Shown here: in pieces, positions 38,869 through 48,131 of the stretch
How the letters are laid out: each line of letters begins with the position of its first letter
Numbering within the stretch: the stretch's first letter is position 1
Origin: a virus
Length of the DNA: 64,000 bases
IMG/VR virus record: IMGVR_UViG_3300033183_000354
Coordinates: 1-64,000 of that record
Direction: 5' to 3' (one strand)
Position numbers and translations under genes: made by a program
The notes under the pieces: model-generated
What the model was told of the DNA's origin: nothing
The model's database searches: none
What the model saw: only the letters and a program-made list of their open reading frames with translations

Positions 38869-39810
38869 ATGTCACATGATAAGCATATTATTGATCATAT
38901 TAATAAGGACGTTGAGGTATTACGTTTACAAGGCGTAACGAATCGACATGAAGCAAAGCAATATTATTTAAGTTTAGCAGAAGGCTGGGAAGATCCAAAT
39001 CCTGATCCAGTCGTTAAGGAGTATGAAGGTGTTAGAGTCGTTCGAGATGATCTTATCACTGGTAGCAAAGTACGGGGTGGAGATCTTCTTATATCTCGTA
39101 TTAACCAACTTAATCTTGTTTATGTTCAGCCTCGTACAGGTCTTGCGGGCGTATCGCTCTTGGACGTGGCGAAGCGCCACGGAAAACGCGTTCGTCTTTT
39201 TATGCCAAGTTCAAAGAGAATCTCTCATCACCAGGCTTGCTGTATTGAGCGTGGTGCTGATTATGAGTTCCATCGCGTGGCTGCTATGCCAAATCTTAAT
39301 TCCATAGCAAAGAAATGGGCAGAACAAAACGAAGATTCATACTTCATCCCACTTGGATTAAAACATGAACTCGTAACAGCAGGCATCGTAAAGGCTGCAT
39401 CGAAGATACCAGAGCCACAAGAAGTGTGGACAGTCGTATCAACAGGTGTACTACATCGAGCACTTCAGATCGCATGGCCAAATGCTGAGTTCCATGCCGT
39501 CGCAGTCGCTCGTAATATGAAAGAAGGAGAAGTTGGTCATGGTAATATCATCTCTGCCCCAGAACCATTTACCACTTCTATTAAAAAAGGATTGCCTCCT
39601 TTCCCAACCATCGATACGTACGATGGAAAGGCGTGGAGATATATCCCTAAAAATACAGGCAGAGACATCTTATTTTGGAATGTAGGCACTGAACCAGTGC
39701 TCAATGACGAGTCTATATATGATAGGATAGACTCTTATAGAAGGTGGAAAAAAGATGAAGGTACTACTCACGAGCTTGGGACCAATCTCGAACAAAATAC
39801 ATTCGCATAA
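38869..39810 (+). CDS. PLP-dependent enzyme, fold type II
   Basis: VVRDDL..GSKVR (PLP lysine), VSTGVL, YDGKAW, ILFWNV. Confidence 0.75.
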   Translation: MSHDKHIIDHINKDVEVLRLQGVTNRHEAKQYYLSLAEGWEDPNPDPVVKEYEGVRVVRDDLITGSKVRGGDLLISRINQLNLVYVQPRTGLAGVSLLDVAKRHGKRVRLFMPSSKRISHHQACCIERGADYEFHRVAAMPNLNSIAKKWAEQNEDSYFIPLGLKHELVTAGIVKAASKIPEPQEVWTVVSTGVLHRALQIAWPNAEFHAVAVARNMKEGEVGHGNIISAPEPFTTSIKKGLPPFPTIDTYDGKAWRYIPKNTGRDILFWNVGTEPVLNDESIYDRIDSYRRWKKDEGTTHELGTNLEQNTFA

Positions 39811-40774
39811 AGCAGCACAAGCAATCATTTATGCTGATCAGCTAAAAGAAGCAGGTCATGATGTGACGATTAACCTTGTTAGCAATAAGGTTTATGACTA
39901 TTCACCTTATGATGAAGTATACGTATATCATGGTTCTGATTGGAGTGGTAACCTTAATCTCTTCGGCGGTATCCAAGCATATCCAAATACAGAGTTTGTA
40001 AAAGCTTTGTCAGAGTATAAAGGTACCGTTAAATCCATCTTAATCGATTTTCCTGACTATGCAAGTATGTTTCAAGATCGCTTGAACAAAGCAAATTTAA
40101 CATGGGATGTCAATTTTGCAGCCTTGTCAGAGATGACTAAGGCAGAAGTCATCGATCCAAATATGATAAAACGATATCGTAATATTGCGTTTGGCGATAG
40201 TCATGCGATTAGCATGTACCGTCCCGGTTGGGAAAACGTATCAGTACCATTCTCTACTCTACATGGATCTATCAATCGAGGGTTTGAGACGTTTATCCCA
40301 GAAGGTGGTCAGTATGATAATATCGAGACTTATTTTGGTAACATTGATATTCGACATCACCTCTGTCGCTTTGATGATCCTATCGCTGAAGCAAAAAAAT
40401 TAGCAAAACGTTATATGGGTGAAGTTTCTCGTATAAGTAATAAGTATGAAGCGCACGTAAAGGTGTGGGAACCACTGCCAATCGAAAACGAATCTCGTAA
40501 AGTGCCAAAGACTGGTTGGTATAAAGGTACACCCTTCTATGGCACTTGGCAACAAAGGACCGACGTGCGTCAAGCTTTTATCGACTCACTTGAATGTGAT
40601 GTATATAGATGGACAGATAACTTGAAAAATCCGATCGGTGAGTTAGACTTTGAATATATGGAAAAACCTCAATCAATTCACTTATCAAGAGCTTCTTATC
40701 CTCATTGGCAAGGCCGACAGTGGACAGAAGAAGTAGTGTCTGAGGCAAATAGTCTAGATGAATTTTTTATGTAG
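39755..40774 (+). CDS. hypothetical protein with SGNH/GDSL-like C-terminal domain
   Basis: FGDSH, FGNID, SIHL blocks; ends SLDEFF (clamp-binding-like). Confidence 0.45.
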   Translation: MKVLLTSLGPISNKIHSHKAAQAIIYADQLKEAGHDVTINLVSNKVYDYSPYDEVYVYHGSDWSGNLNLFGGIQAYPNTEFVKALSEYKGTVKSILIDFPDYASMFQDRLNKANLTWDVNFAALSEMTKAEVIDPNMIKRYRNIAFGDSHAISMYRPGWENVSVPFSTLHGSINRGFETFIPEGGQYDNIETYFGNIDIRHHLCRFDDPIAEAKKLAKRYMGEVSRISNKYEAHVKVWEPLPIENESRKVPKTGWYKGTPFYGTWQQRTDVRQAFIDSLECDVYRWTDNLKNPIGELDFEYMEKPQSIHLSRASYPHWQGRQWTEEVVSEANSLDEFFM

Positions 40775-40787
40775 GAGATAATAATAT

Positions 40788-41831
40788 ATGTCTATTATGG
40801 ATAAATTGAAGAAGAATAGTAAGGTTAAAGAGTCTTCTGTTCTTTCTGATTCCAAATTCTTTACCGAAAAGGATATGGTAAAGACCGAAGTGCCAATGAT
40901 TAACGTGGCATTGTCGGGTTCCGTGGATGGCGGACTTGCGCCAGGACTAACAGTACTAGCTGGCCCATCCAAACATTTTAAGACCTCATTCGCTTTGATC
41001 ATGGCATCTGCATATCTCAAAGAGCACGATGATGCTGTGTTACTTTTTTATGATTCAGAATTTGGTTCACCACAATCATATTTTGAAAACTTTGATATCG
41101 ATACGAGTCGAGTCCTTCATACGCCTATTACAAACGTAGAAGAACTTAAGTTTGATATCATCGCTCAACTCGAAGAGTTGGATCGTAATGATAAGGTAGT
41201 AATTGTAATCGATTCTGTTGGCAACTTAGCATCAAAGAAAGAACTCGAAGATGCTATTAATGAAAAGTCAGTTGCTGATATGTCTCGAGCAAAAGCGCTA
41301 AAGGGTTTGTTCCGTATGTGTACACCATACTTGAACATGAAGAATATCCCGTTGATTGCCGTGAACCATACTTATATGGAGATTGGTCTATTTCCAAAAG
41401 CAGTTGTGTCAGGTGGTACTGGCATCTATTATTCAGCAGATAATATTTGGATTCTCGGTCGTCAACAGGATAAACAAGGCACTGAGATCAAAGGTTATCA
41501 TTTCGTGATTAATGTGGAGAAATCGCGTTATGTCAAAGAAAAGTCTAAGATTCCCATCAGTGTTAGTTGGGAAGGTGGAGTACAAAAGTGGTCTGGTCTG
41601 CTTGACGTTGCTCTCGAGGGTCAATATGTCACTAAGCCGTCTAATGGCTGGTATTGCAGGGTTAGCCGGGAAACTGGTGAACTACTTGAACCAAAAGTAC
41701 GAGAAAAACAAACTTTAGAAGCAGAATTTTGGGAACCAATCTTTGCTGAAACGGATTTCAAAGATTATTTGAAGAATCGTTTTTCAATCTTAAACCAAAA
41801 AGGTATTGAAGATGTCGCAGAAGTTAGTTGA
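40788..41831 (+). CDS. uvsX: RecA-like recombinase UvsX
   Basis: AGPSKHFKT, FYDSEFG, IDSVGNLASKKE, SGGTG..YSAD. Confidence 0.96.
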   Translation: MSIMDKLKKNSKVKESSVLSDSKFFTEKDMVKTEVPMINVALSGSVDGGLAPGLTVLAGPSKHFKTSFALIMASAYLKEHDDAVLLFYDSEFGSPQSYFENFDIDTSRVLHTPITNVEELKFDIIAQLEELDRNDKVVIVIDSVGNLASKKELEDAINEKSVADMSRAKALKGLFRMCTPYLNMKNIPLIAVNHTYMEIGLFPKAVVSGGTGIYYSADNIWILGRQQDKQGTEIKGYHFVINVEKSRYVKEKSKIPISVSWEGGVQKWSGLLDVALEGQYVTKPSNGWYCRVSRETGELLEPKVREKQTLEAEFWEPIFAETDFKDYLKNRFSILNQKGIEDVAEVS

Positions 41832-42114
41832 ACTGAAAGACTATGAACTCATCCCAGCAGAGGATGATGATCAAGCTTGGGCGGTTCGAGTCGTGACAGG
41901 TGACTATGTTGAAACTGTACTTCGTTTTGGAGCTATTGCTATCAAAGAAGATGGTATAATGACTTTTAACTTTACGGTCGTGTCATCTCCTAACCCAGAC
42001 CTTACAAGCGAAGACGTGGATCTACAAGAATACGCCGGAGATTTGTTGCAAGCCATCATCGTAGATGGCATTGAATCTGGTTCAATAATTACAAAGGAGA
42101 GAGATGATGAGTAG
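41812..42114 (+). CDS. gp40-like head vertex assembly chaperone
   Basis: Position between uvsX and gp41; G.Y.ETV.RFG, GDLL. Confidence 0.55.
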   Translation: MSQKLVELKDYELIPAEDDDQAWAVRVVTGDYVETVLRFGAIAIKEDGIMTFNFTVVSSPNPDLTSEDVDLQEYAGDLLQAIIVDGIESGSIITKERDDE

Positions 42115-42271
42115 TAAAACTTCAGAGATTGATCGTATTGTTATGTTAATGGAAGAGATTGCATATGCTAAATCACAGCTGCAACCTCATGATACTGGTC
42201 ATATCCATACGGCAATTAATTGGATGCAATCTCGAGTTGATAGTATCAAAGAAAAATTAAAAAAAGAATAG
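42104..42271 (+). CDS. hypothetical protein, 55 aa (not in ORF track)
   Basis: MMSSKTSEIDRIVMLMEEIAYAKSQLQPHDTGHIHTAINWMQSRVDSIKEKLKKE; AAGGAG RBS. Confidence 0.65.
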   Translation: MMSSKTSEIDRIVMLMEEIAYAKSQLQPHDTGHIHTAINWMQSRVDSIKEKLKKE

Positions 42272-42300
42272 TTTACTTTGTTAGAGAAATATGATATAAT
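42272..42300 (+). promoter_or_regulatory. sigma70-like promoter for gp41
   Basis: TTTACT-N17-TATAAT. Confidence 0.7.
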
Positions 42301-42329
42301 ACAATTATCTAACAAAAAAGGATACATTC

Positions 42330-43697
42330 TTGCAAGCGAACATTGAACAAACCATCCTTCGTAATCTTCTGACTGATGAAGAGTATATGCGTAAAGTATT
42401 GCCTTTCATTAAGTCAGATTATTTTCAAGGCACATATAAAACCCTCTTTAAAGAAGCGGGCAAATATGTTGGTAAGTATAATAAACTACCAACTACTGAG
42501 TCTCTTGTCATTGAACTACAAGAGACAAGTAATATGTCAGATGAACAGTTTCAAATGTCAATGGATATTATTCCACAACTGTTTACTCGTGAGCCTATTG
42601 ATAATGATTGGCTACTTGATGCCACCGAAAAATGGTGTCAAGATCGCGCATTGTATAATGCTGTAATGGAGTCTATCTCTATTATTGATGGTAAACATGA
42701 ATCTTTGACAAAGAATGCTCTTCCTGATATTTTATCAAAAGCTCTTGGCGTTTCATTTGATAAAAACATTGGTCACGACTATATTGAAAATGTTGAAGAA
42801 CGCTATGAGTTTTATCATACAGAAGAAGATCGAATCCCATTTGATCTAGAATACTTTAATAATATCACGAAAGGTGGAGTACCACGTAAAACATTGAACA
42901 TTGCTCTTGCTGGTACAGGTGTCGGTAAATCTCTGTTTATGTGTCATGTGGCTGCATCTGCCTTAGTCGAAGGACGTAATGTTCTCTACATAACAATGGA
43001 GATGGCAGAAGAACGTATCGCTGAACGTATCGACGCCAATCTTCTAAACGTACCTATCGATCAACTTGAGAATATGTCAAAGGATATGTTTACGACTAAA
43101 GTACATAACCTCGCAAAAAAGACAACAGGTAAACTAATCATTAAAGAATACCCGACTGGCTCAGCGCATGCTGGTCACTTTAGAGCACTGCTCAATGAAT
43201 TAAAATTAAAGAAACAATTCGAACCAGATATTATCTTTATTGATTATCTTAATATCTGTGCTTCTTCTCGTATGAAAGGAATGGGTGGTGCTATTAATTC
43301 TTATAACTATATCAAGGCCATTGCCGAAGAACTTCGAGGCCTTGCTGTGGAATTTGATATACCTGTTTTCTCTGCAACTCAAACTAATCGCAGTGGATAT
43401 TCGAATTCTGATGTTGGTCTTGAAGATACATCTGAAAGCTTTGGCCTTCCGGCTACTGCAGATTTAATGTTTGCTCTTATCTCTACAGAAGAGCTAGAGC
43501 AATCAGGTCAAATGATGGTTAAACAATTAAAGAATAGATATAATGATCCTACGCATAATAAACGTTTTGTGATTGGTGTTGATCGATCGAAGATGAGACT
43601 CTTTGATGCTGACGAAAATGAACAGACTTTAACTGATGATACGCCTGCATTTGATAATGGCAAGATTAATGAAAGATTTAAGGAGTTTAAATTATGA
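42330..43697 (+). CDS. gp41: replicative helicase gp41
   Basis: AGTGVGKS, TMEMAEE, IDYLNI, ATQTNR, SESFGLPATAD, QLKNRY; TTG start. Confidence 0.96.
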   Translation: MQANIEQTILRNLLTDEEYMRKVLPFIKSDYFQGTYKTLFKEAGKYVGKYNKLPTTESLVIELQETSNMSDEQFQMSMDIIPQLFTREPIDNDWLLDATEKWCQDRALYNAVMESISIIDGKHESLTKNALPDILSKALGVSFDKNIGHDYIENVEERYEFYHTEEDRIPFDLEYFNNITKGGVPRKTLNIALAGTGVGKSLFMCHVAASALVEGRNVLYITMEMAEERIAERIDANLLNVPIDQLENMSKDMFTTKVHNLAKKTTGKLIIKEYPTGSAHAGHFRALLNELKLKKQFEPDIIFIDYLNICASSRMKGMGGAINSYNYIKAIAEELRGLAVEFDIPVFSATQTNRSGYSNSDVGLEDTSESFGLPATADLMFALISTEELEQSGQMMVKQLKNRYNDPTHNKRFVIGVDRSKMRLFDADENEQTLTDDTPAFDNGKINERFKEFKL

Positions 43698-44116
43698 GTG
43701 AATCCGATATTAAATTAGACTATGAGGTAGCTAGAGAAATTACTGTACAATTTATTACAAATATGTTGGATAATGATGCTCTACCTGAAGGACGTGAAAT
43801 TGACTTTATGATGGCATGTCAGGAAGTGCTTCATTTCATTATGCTTCCAGAAGAATGGGAAAAAAGATTTGATAGAAATTTCCTCGAATATTCAACAGGG
43901 CCTCGTAAAGTAGATACAGATGATGCTAGTTTATATCATACATTTTGGGGTGAAGGAGAATATGATGATCGATCGGCTTTTGTAAAGATAAATGATAAAG
44001 GCTTCTTTGTTGAGATGTGGAGTAATACAGAGCTTGTTGAGACTAGACCTCTATATGAATATAGTGAGACTTATGCAGAGAATTGTGCAGAGAATTGGGT
44101 AATCGGAGTAATTTGA
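43694..44116 (+). CDS. hypothetical protein
   Basis: AAGGAG RBS; ends YAENCAENWVIG. Confidence 0.65.
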   Translation: MSESDIKLDYEVAREITVQFITNMLDNDALPEGREIDFMMACQEVLHFIMLPEEWEKRFDRNFLEYSTGPRKVDTDDASLYHTFWGEGEYDDRSAFVKINDKGFFVEMWSNTELVETRPLYEYSETYAENCAENWVIGVI

Positions 44117-44117
44117 T

Positions 44118-44351
44118 ATGTTGATTGAGATAATTGAATATAACGAAGATAGTGATGGTGGTGCTACAGTAACAATAGATATTGATGAAGAAGGTAAAAC
44201 TTTTCTCATAGAAAAAGGTTTTAACAGTCTTCTCGAAAATGCAATCGAGAAAATGAAATCTGATATGGCACTTGTTGAATTAGTCAAATCTGCTCAAGAA
44301 GATGGTGATTATGAACCTATCGTTGATCAAGAGCAAAAGTTCTCTTTTTAA
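44118..44351 (+). CDS. hypothetical protein
   Basis: GGAG RBS; EDSDGGATV motif. Confidence 0.6.
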   Translation: MLIEIIEYNEDSDGGATVTIDIDEEGKTFLIEKGFNSLLENAIEKMKSDMALVELVKSAQEDGDYEPIVDQEQKFSF

Positions 44352-44361
44352 GGTATAAATC

Positions 44362-45024
44362 ATGAAAGCAAGATTAATTAGTTATAGTCAACCACCAAAG
44401 GACGGTCTCTATGTCGGTGACAATATCCAAGAACTTATCGCGTATTGCGCCCGTGTATCGAATCCCTCGAACCAAGATAACACGGAAACCTCAGAAAAAC
44501 TACTACGATATCTCATTAGAGAAAAACACTGGTCGCCATTTGAAATGGTTAGCGCTTGCTTAGAGATCGAAACAACTCGAGATATCGCAAGACAATTACT
44601 TCGACATCGTTCATTCTCTTTTCAAGAATTCTCTCAGCGATATGCAGATCCTACTCAAGATCTTCAATTTGAATTCAAAGAAGCTAGACTTCAAGACACG
44701 AAAAATAGACAAAATAGTTTAGATGTTAAAGACGTAGATTTACAGCTTGAATGGCTTAAGCAACAATCAGAAGTAGTAGTAAGAGCAAGAGAAAGTTATG
44801 AATGGGCAATTGAAAATGGTATCGCTAAAGAACAAGCTAGGGCAGTTTTGCCAGAAGGTATTATGCAATCTCGACTCTATGTTAATGGCACCATCAGGTC
44901 CTGGATCCATTATATCGAATTACGTTCAGGCCATGGAACACAAAAAGAACACATTCAGCTAGCCAAAGCTTGTGCTGACGCTATTGAACCTATCTTTCCG
45001 ATGATCAGAGAATTTTGTCATTAA
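44362..45024 (+). CDS. thyX: flavin-dependent thymidylate synthase
   Basis: HWSPFE, RHRSFSFQEFSQRY, KEQARAVLP, QKEH. Confidence 0.96.
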   Translation: MKARLISYSQPPKDGLYVGDNIQELIAYCARVSNPSNQDNTETSEKLLRYLIREKHWSPFEMVSACLEIETTRDIARQLLRHRSFSFQEFSQRYADPTQDLQFEFKEARLQDTKNRQNSLDVKDVDLQLEWLKQQSEVVVRARESYEWAIENGIAKEQARAVLPEGIMQSRLYVNGTIRSWIHYIELRSGHGTQKEHIQLAKACADAIEPIFPMIREFCH

Positions 45025-45130
45025 AAAATTACATCTAATTGTTTTTATTAAATAAAAAAATGCGTTTTTTTGTGTACATTCTTCTTAAATTGGGGTATTA
45101 TATATCTATAATCAAAGAGGAGTTAAGATT
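45023..45130 (+). repeat. early-promoter cassette, copy 2
   Basis: Similar to 33299-33407; TGTACA-N17-TATTAT and AAAGAGGAG. Confidence 0.75.
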
Positions 45131-45283
45131 ATGTTTAAGTTTGTTATTACTGCTAAGATGGAAAATGGCGAAGCATGGGAAACCGTACGTCATACCAAGC
45201 AAGGCCTTGATGAAGTTATCTCAAACATCTTAAAGGATAAAGCTGTAGTTTCATTCTCTGTTGAAGAGAAGAAATATGCTTAA
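45131..45283 (+). CDS. early hypothetical protein, 50 aa (not in ORF track)
   Basis: MFKFVITAKMENGEAWETVRHTKQGLDEVISNILKDKAVVSFSVEEKKYA after a strong RBS. Confidence 0.7.
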   Translation: MFKFVITAKMENGEAWETVRHTKQGLDEVISNILKDKAVVSFSVEEKKYA

Positions 45284-45779
45284 GCGTATCTTAATGACAG
45301 CATGCACTGTTATGTCAATGAGTGCAGCAGCAGAAGCTGCAGATTTCAATGATGAAATGAAGTGCATGGCTGATAACATGTATTGGGAATCACGTAATCA
45401 ATCTTTTCGTGGTTTAATTGCGGTTGGTAATGTAGTCATGAATCGAGTTGCCGATTCACGTTATCCTAATACTATTTGTGAAGTAGTTAAACAAGGACCT
45501 GAGATTAAGTCTTGGAAGTCTGGTGAATATTTTCCAAAGCGTGACCGGTGTCAGTTCTCTTGGTACTGTGATGGGAAGTCAGATGAGATTCCGGAAGTGG
45601 ATGCTAATCTTTATGAATATGTTCGTGCATTAGCAGTTAAAGTTTCAGATGGTTTCTTTGGTGATATTACCGGTGGTGCTACACATTATCATGCTTATTA
45701 TGTTAGACCAGATTGGGCAGAGACAAAAACACCTACTGCTCGTGTAGATGCTCATATTTTTTACAGGTGGGAAAAATGA
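45276..45779 (+). CDS. SleB-like cell wall hydrolase (Hydrolase_2)
   Basis: Signal peptide; CMA.NMYWESRNQ, VMNRV...YPNTICEVV.Q, CQFSWYCDGK, GATHYHA, HIFY. Confidence 0.9.
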   Translation: MLKRILMTACTVMSMSAAAEAADFNDEMKCMADNMYWESRNQSFRGLIAVGNVVMNRVADSRYPNTICEVVKQGPEIKSWKSGEYFPKRDRCQFSWYCDGKSDEIPEVDANLYEYVRALAVKVSDGFFGDITGGATHYHAYYVRPDWAETKTPTARVDAHIFYRWEK

Positions 45780-46141
45780 TTATAGAATTTGATAAAGATG
45801 ATTACAATGGCATTGACTATAAGTTCAATGAAGATATTCTGATTGAAGAGTTTCAAGAATATATTGACTCAACATATAGTGGTCATTATTCAAAGGATAA
45901 TTTTCAAGCTACTGAATTTATTATCGATGGTGGTCATGGTACGGGTTTCTGTATTGGAAATGTTCTTAAGTACGCGCAGCGTTACGGGAAGAAAGGCTCG
46001 CGCGAAGACGCTCGGAAGGACTTAATGAAGGTTTTGCACTATGCTCTGATTCAGCTTTATGTGCATGACTCTGAGCCTGATGTGGAGGAAGAGATTTTGC
46101 TTTATCGTGGTGAGAAAATCGGTTCAAGCGCAGATTCATAA
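45776..46141 (+). CDS. DUF3310-like conserved phage protein
   Basis: TY..HYS, GFCIGNVLKYAQRYGKK, DLMKVLHYA. Confidence 0.75.
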   Translation: MIIEFDKDDYNGIDYKFNEDILIEEFQEYIDSTYSGHYSKDNFQATEFIIDGGHGTGFCIGNVLKYAQRYGKKGSREDARKDLMKVLHYALIQLYVHDSEPDVEEEILLYRGEKIGSSADS

Positions 46142-46252
46142 AATCTATCTGACGCTTAATGTAAACAACTCGGTCTTCCAAAGCTCCTCTTAATTCCGGA
46201 AGACCGAGTTGTTTTCTTATTGCTTGTATTTGAGGCTTTAATATCTCATACA

Positions 46253-46852
46253 TTAGTTAGCCAGAGGGTTGTCTAAGGCTCTTTGTAGTTTCTTACTAAG
46301 ACGATCTTCTAGATCTTTCAGTTCACGTTCTACCTTTGCTTCGAGGTCATCCATACGACTTGTATTTGATTCTTGAAGTCTATTCGCTTTCTCATCATAA
46401 TCTACTTGCAATCTATCACGCTTATTCTCAAATCTTTCTTCGGCATTCTGCACTATTGAACGTACTTCAGCTTCCACTTTTCTTACTTCATCTTCTACAC
46501 GATCTGCAGTTTTTTCGATCGAAAGAATATCATCTCGTAGATCGCCTTTAATGGCTCTGGTATAGTCGACCGCTTCTTCTAATTTAGTTTCAATTACTTC
46601 CATGCGTTGCTCAAATCCGGCAATCTTTTCTTCATATTCTTGTTGTTGCTCAACAAACTCAATCGCCTGTTCAATCTTCTGATACATAAGGAAACCACCA
46701 TAAAGGGCGCCTACCACTGAACCAAGAACAGCAACAAGCGCCGATACAGTCATAAATGTAACCTTAATACCAAAGATACGGAACTCTTTATTCTTTAAGT
46801 TCTCAATACCCTCTTCCATATTTTCAAGTTCTTGACCTAGATCTTTAGTCAT
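46253..46852 (-). CDS. membrane-anchored coiled-coil protein
   Basis: One TM segment (VSALVAVLGSVVGALYGGF), long heptads, ends ALDNPLAN. Confidence 0.7.
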   Translation of the reverse strand: MTKDLGQELENMEEGIENLKNKEFRIFGIKVTFMTVSALVAVLGSVVGALYGGFLMYQKIEQAIEFVEQQQEYEEKIAGFEQRMEVIETKLEEAVDYTRAIKGDLRDDILSIEKTADRVEDEVRKVEAEVRSIVQNAEERFENKRDRLQVDYDEKANRLQESNTSRMDDLEAKVERELKDLEDRLSKKLQRALDNPLAN

Positions 46853-47249
46853 TGTTACCTTCCTGTAAATCTTGCAAGCGTTTGAGTTCCTGTTCTAATT
46901 TTAATATCTCTAGTCTTTTCTTTTTCAATTCAAGTTCATACAGAGTATTACAATTAATTCTTTCTGCAGGCCCGTCAAGTGGAATAGTTATTCTTGCGAA
47001 TACACCAACATCTTTTGAACTATTTCCGGAACTACTACTAAAAGGAGCTTCATAATTATCGATAATACCAGTTACTCCGAATTCCAAATTTGTTCCACCG
47101 CCAATTGAATTCTTACAATCTAATTCTCCAGCTCTAAAAGCATCTTGTCCATATGTATTACCAGCATTTGGCAATTGTAAGTTAAGTGAGCTACTTTCTG
47201 CAAGAGCTATTGATGGAATTAGCGATAATATAAAAATAATTTTCTTCAT
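46845..47249 (-). CDS. exported protein: Cys-flanked beta-hairpin plus coiled coil
   Basis: Signal peptide; DC..NLEFGV..VGVFARITIPL..NC; C-terminal heptads. Confidence 0.65.
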   Translation of the reverse strand: MKKIIFILSLIPSIALAESSSLNLQLPNAGNTYGQDAFRAGELDCKNSIGGGTNLEFGVTGIIDNYEAPFSSSSGNSSKDVGVFARITIPLDGPAERINCNTLYELELKKKRLEILKLEQELKRLQDLQEGNND

Positions 47250-47617
47250 TTAAATCTCGAGCATATCATTGAAGATATTGCTGGTGCATTATTGTTTCTC
47301 AATTTAGAAGTAGAACAAATATATTCAGTTCTTTCTCTATCTTGTTCACGAATATACACATCAAATTTTACTCTTGACAAATATTCAAGCTTGAATAATT
47401 TAAATGATGATACGAATGGAATTGGATTCCATTCTTCATCAAATACAGCAATCTCATAATATTCAACATCTTCTCTTTTATTGAACATCTCCATTTCGGT
47501 TACCAATAAACCGTCATGAATAGATGTTTTCCACTTTGGATATGTCGGTGTCATCTCATGCGCATACGCAAAAAATGGCATTAACATAATGAGAAATGTT
47601 AAAATATAATTTCTCAT
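47246..47617 (-). CDS. exported fimbrial-chaperone-like protein, 123 aa
   Basis: Start reassigned to ATG 47617, giving a signal peptide ending AYA; beta-rich HEMTPTY..MFN.R....YYEI.VFD; two C-terminal Cys. Confidence 0.45.
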   Translation of the reverse strand: MRNYILTFLIMLMPFFAYAHEMTPTYPKWKTSIHDGLLVTEMEMFNKREDVEYYEIAVFDEEWNPIPFVSSFKLFKLEYLSRVKFDVYIREQDRERTEYICSTSKLRNNNAPAISSMICSRFK

Positions 47618-47618
47618 A

Positions 47619-48122
47619 TTACTTTGCAATACACACTGCTTCGATATTTGCAGTGTATGTTCCACCAGGGAAAGCCTTATCGCCACCATAAGAGGCAGTC
47701 GAACTAGACTTAAACCAAGTTGATCCAGTCGCAGTCAAATCATATTGTGTTGTCTGACCAAATGTTACTTTATTTGTTTCGTATGAACCCATGTTAGTAG
47801 CATCACTTACAGCACTTACTTCAGTCGATCCAGTCCATGTGACCGTATCACTCAAAGAAGGACTTTGAGCAAATGAAGTTGGTGTAGTGATTTGAGCATA
47901 GTATGCATCAGCAAGTGTTACATCATATCTTACGATAGGCTGCACGCCGCCATCTGCAGCTGCAGTTGTAAGCGTATACGCATTTGGGTTTCCATAGACA
48001 CCAGGAGTGTCAGTAGTGATTACACAGCGGGATTGTACATTACCAGTAATTGGAACCTCTTCGGCATATACTGCTGCTGTCCCTAAACACATTACCCCGA
48101 CAAGAATTGCTTTTCTAAGCAT
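47619..48122 (-). CDS. exported pilin-like (fimbrial subunit-like) protein
   Basis: Signal peptide; VPITGNVQSRC N-terminal strand; C-terminal PGGTYTANIEAVC; Thr/Ser/Ala rich, about 150 aa mature. Confidence 0.55.
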   Translation of the reverse strand: MLRKAILVGVMCLGTAAVYAEEVPITGNVQSRCVITTDTPGVYGNPNAYTLTTAAADGGVQPIVRYDVTLADAYYAQITTPTSFAQSPSLSDTVTWTGSTEVSAVSDATNMGSYETNKVTFGQTTQYDLTATGSTWFKSSSTASYGGDKAFPGGTYTANIEAVCIAK

Positions 48123-48131
48123 TTACTTCTC

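Noticed and set aside
45039-45233. 64-aa ORF from the track
   Set aside because: Runs through the promoter cassette; the RBS supports 45131-45283 in another frame.
45966-46253. 95-aa minus ORF continuing the envelope operon
   Set aside because: Coupled start is plausible, but it overlaps the DUF3310-like gene by about 175 nt; left uncalled.
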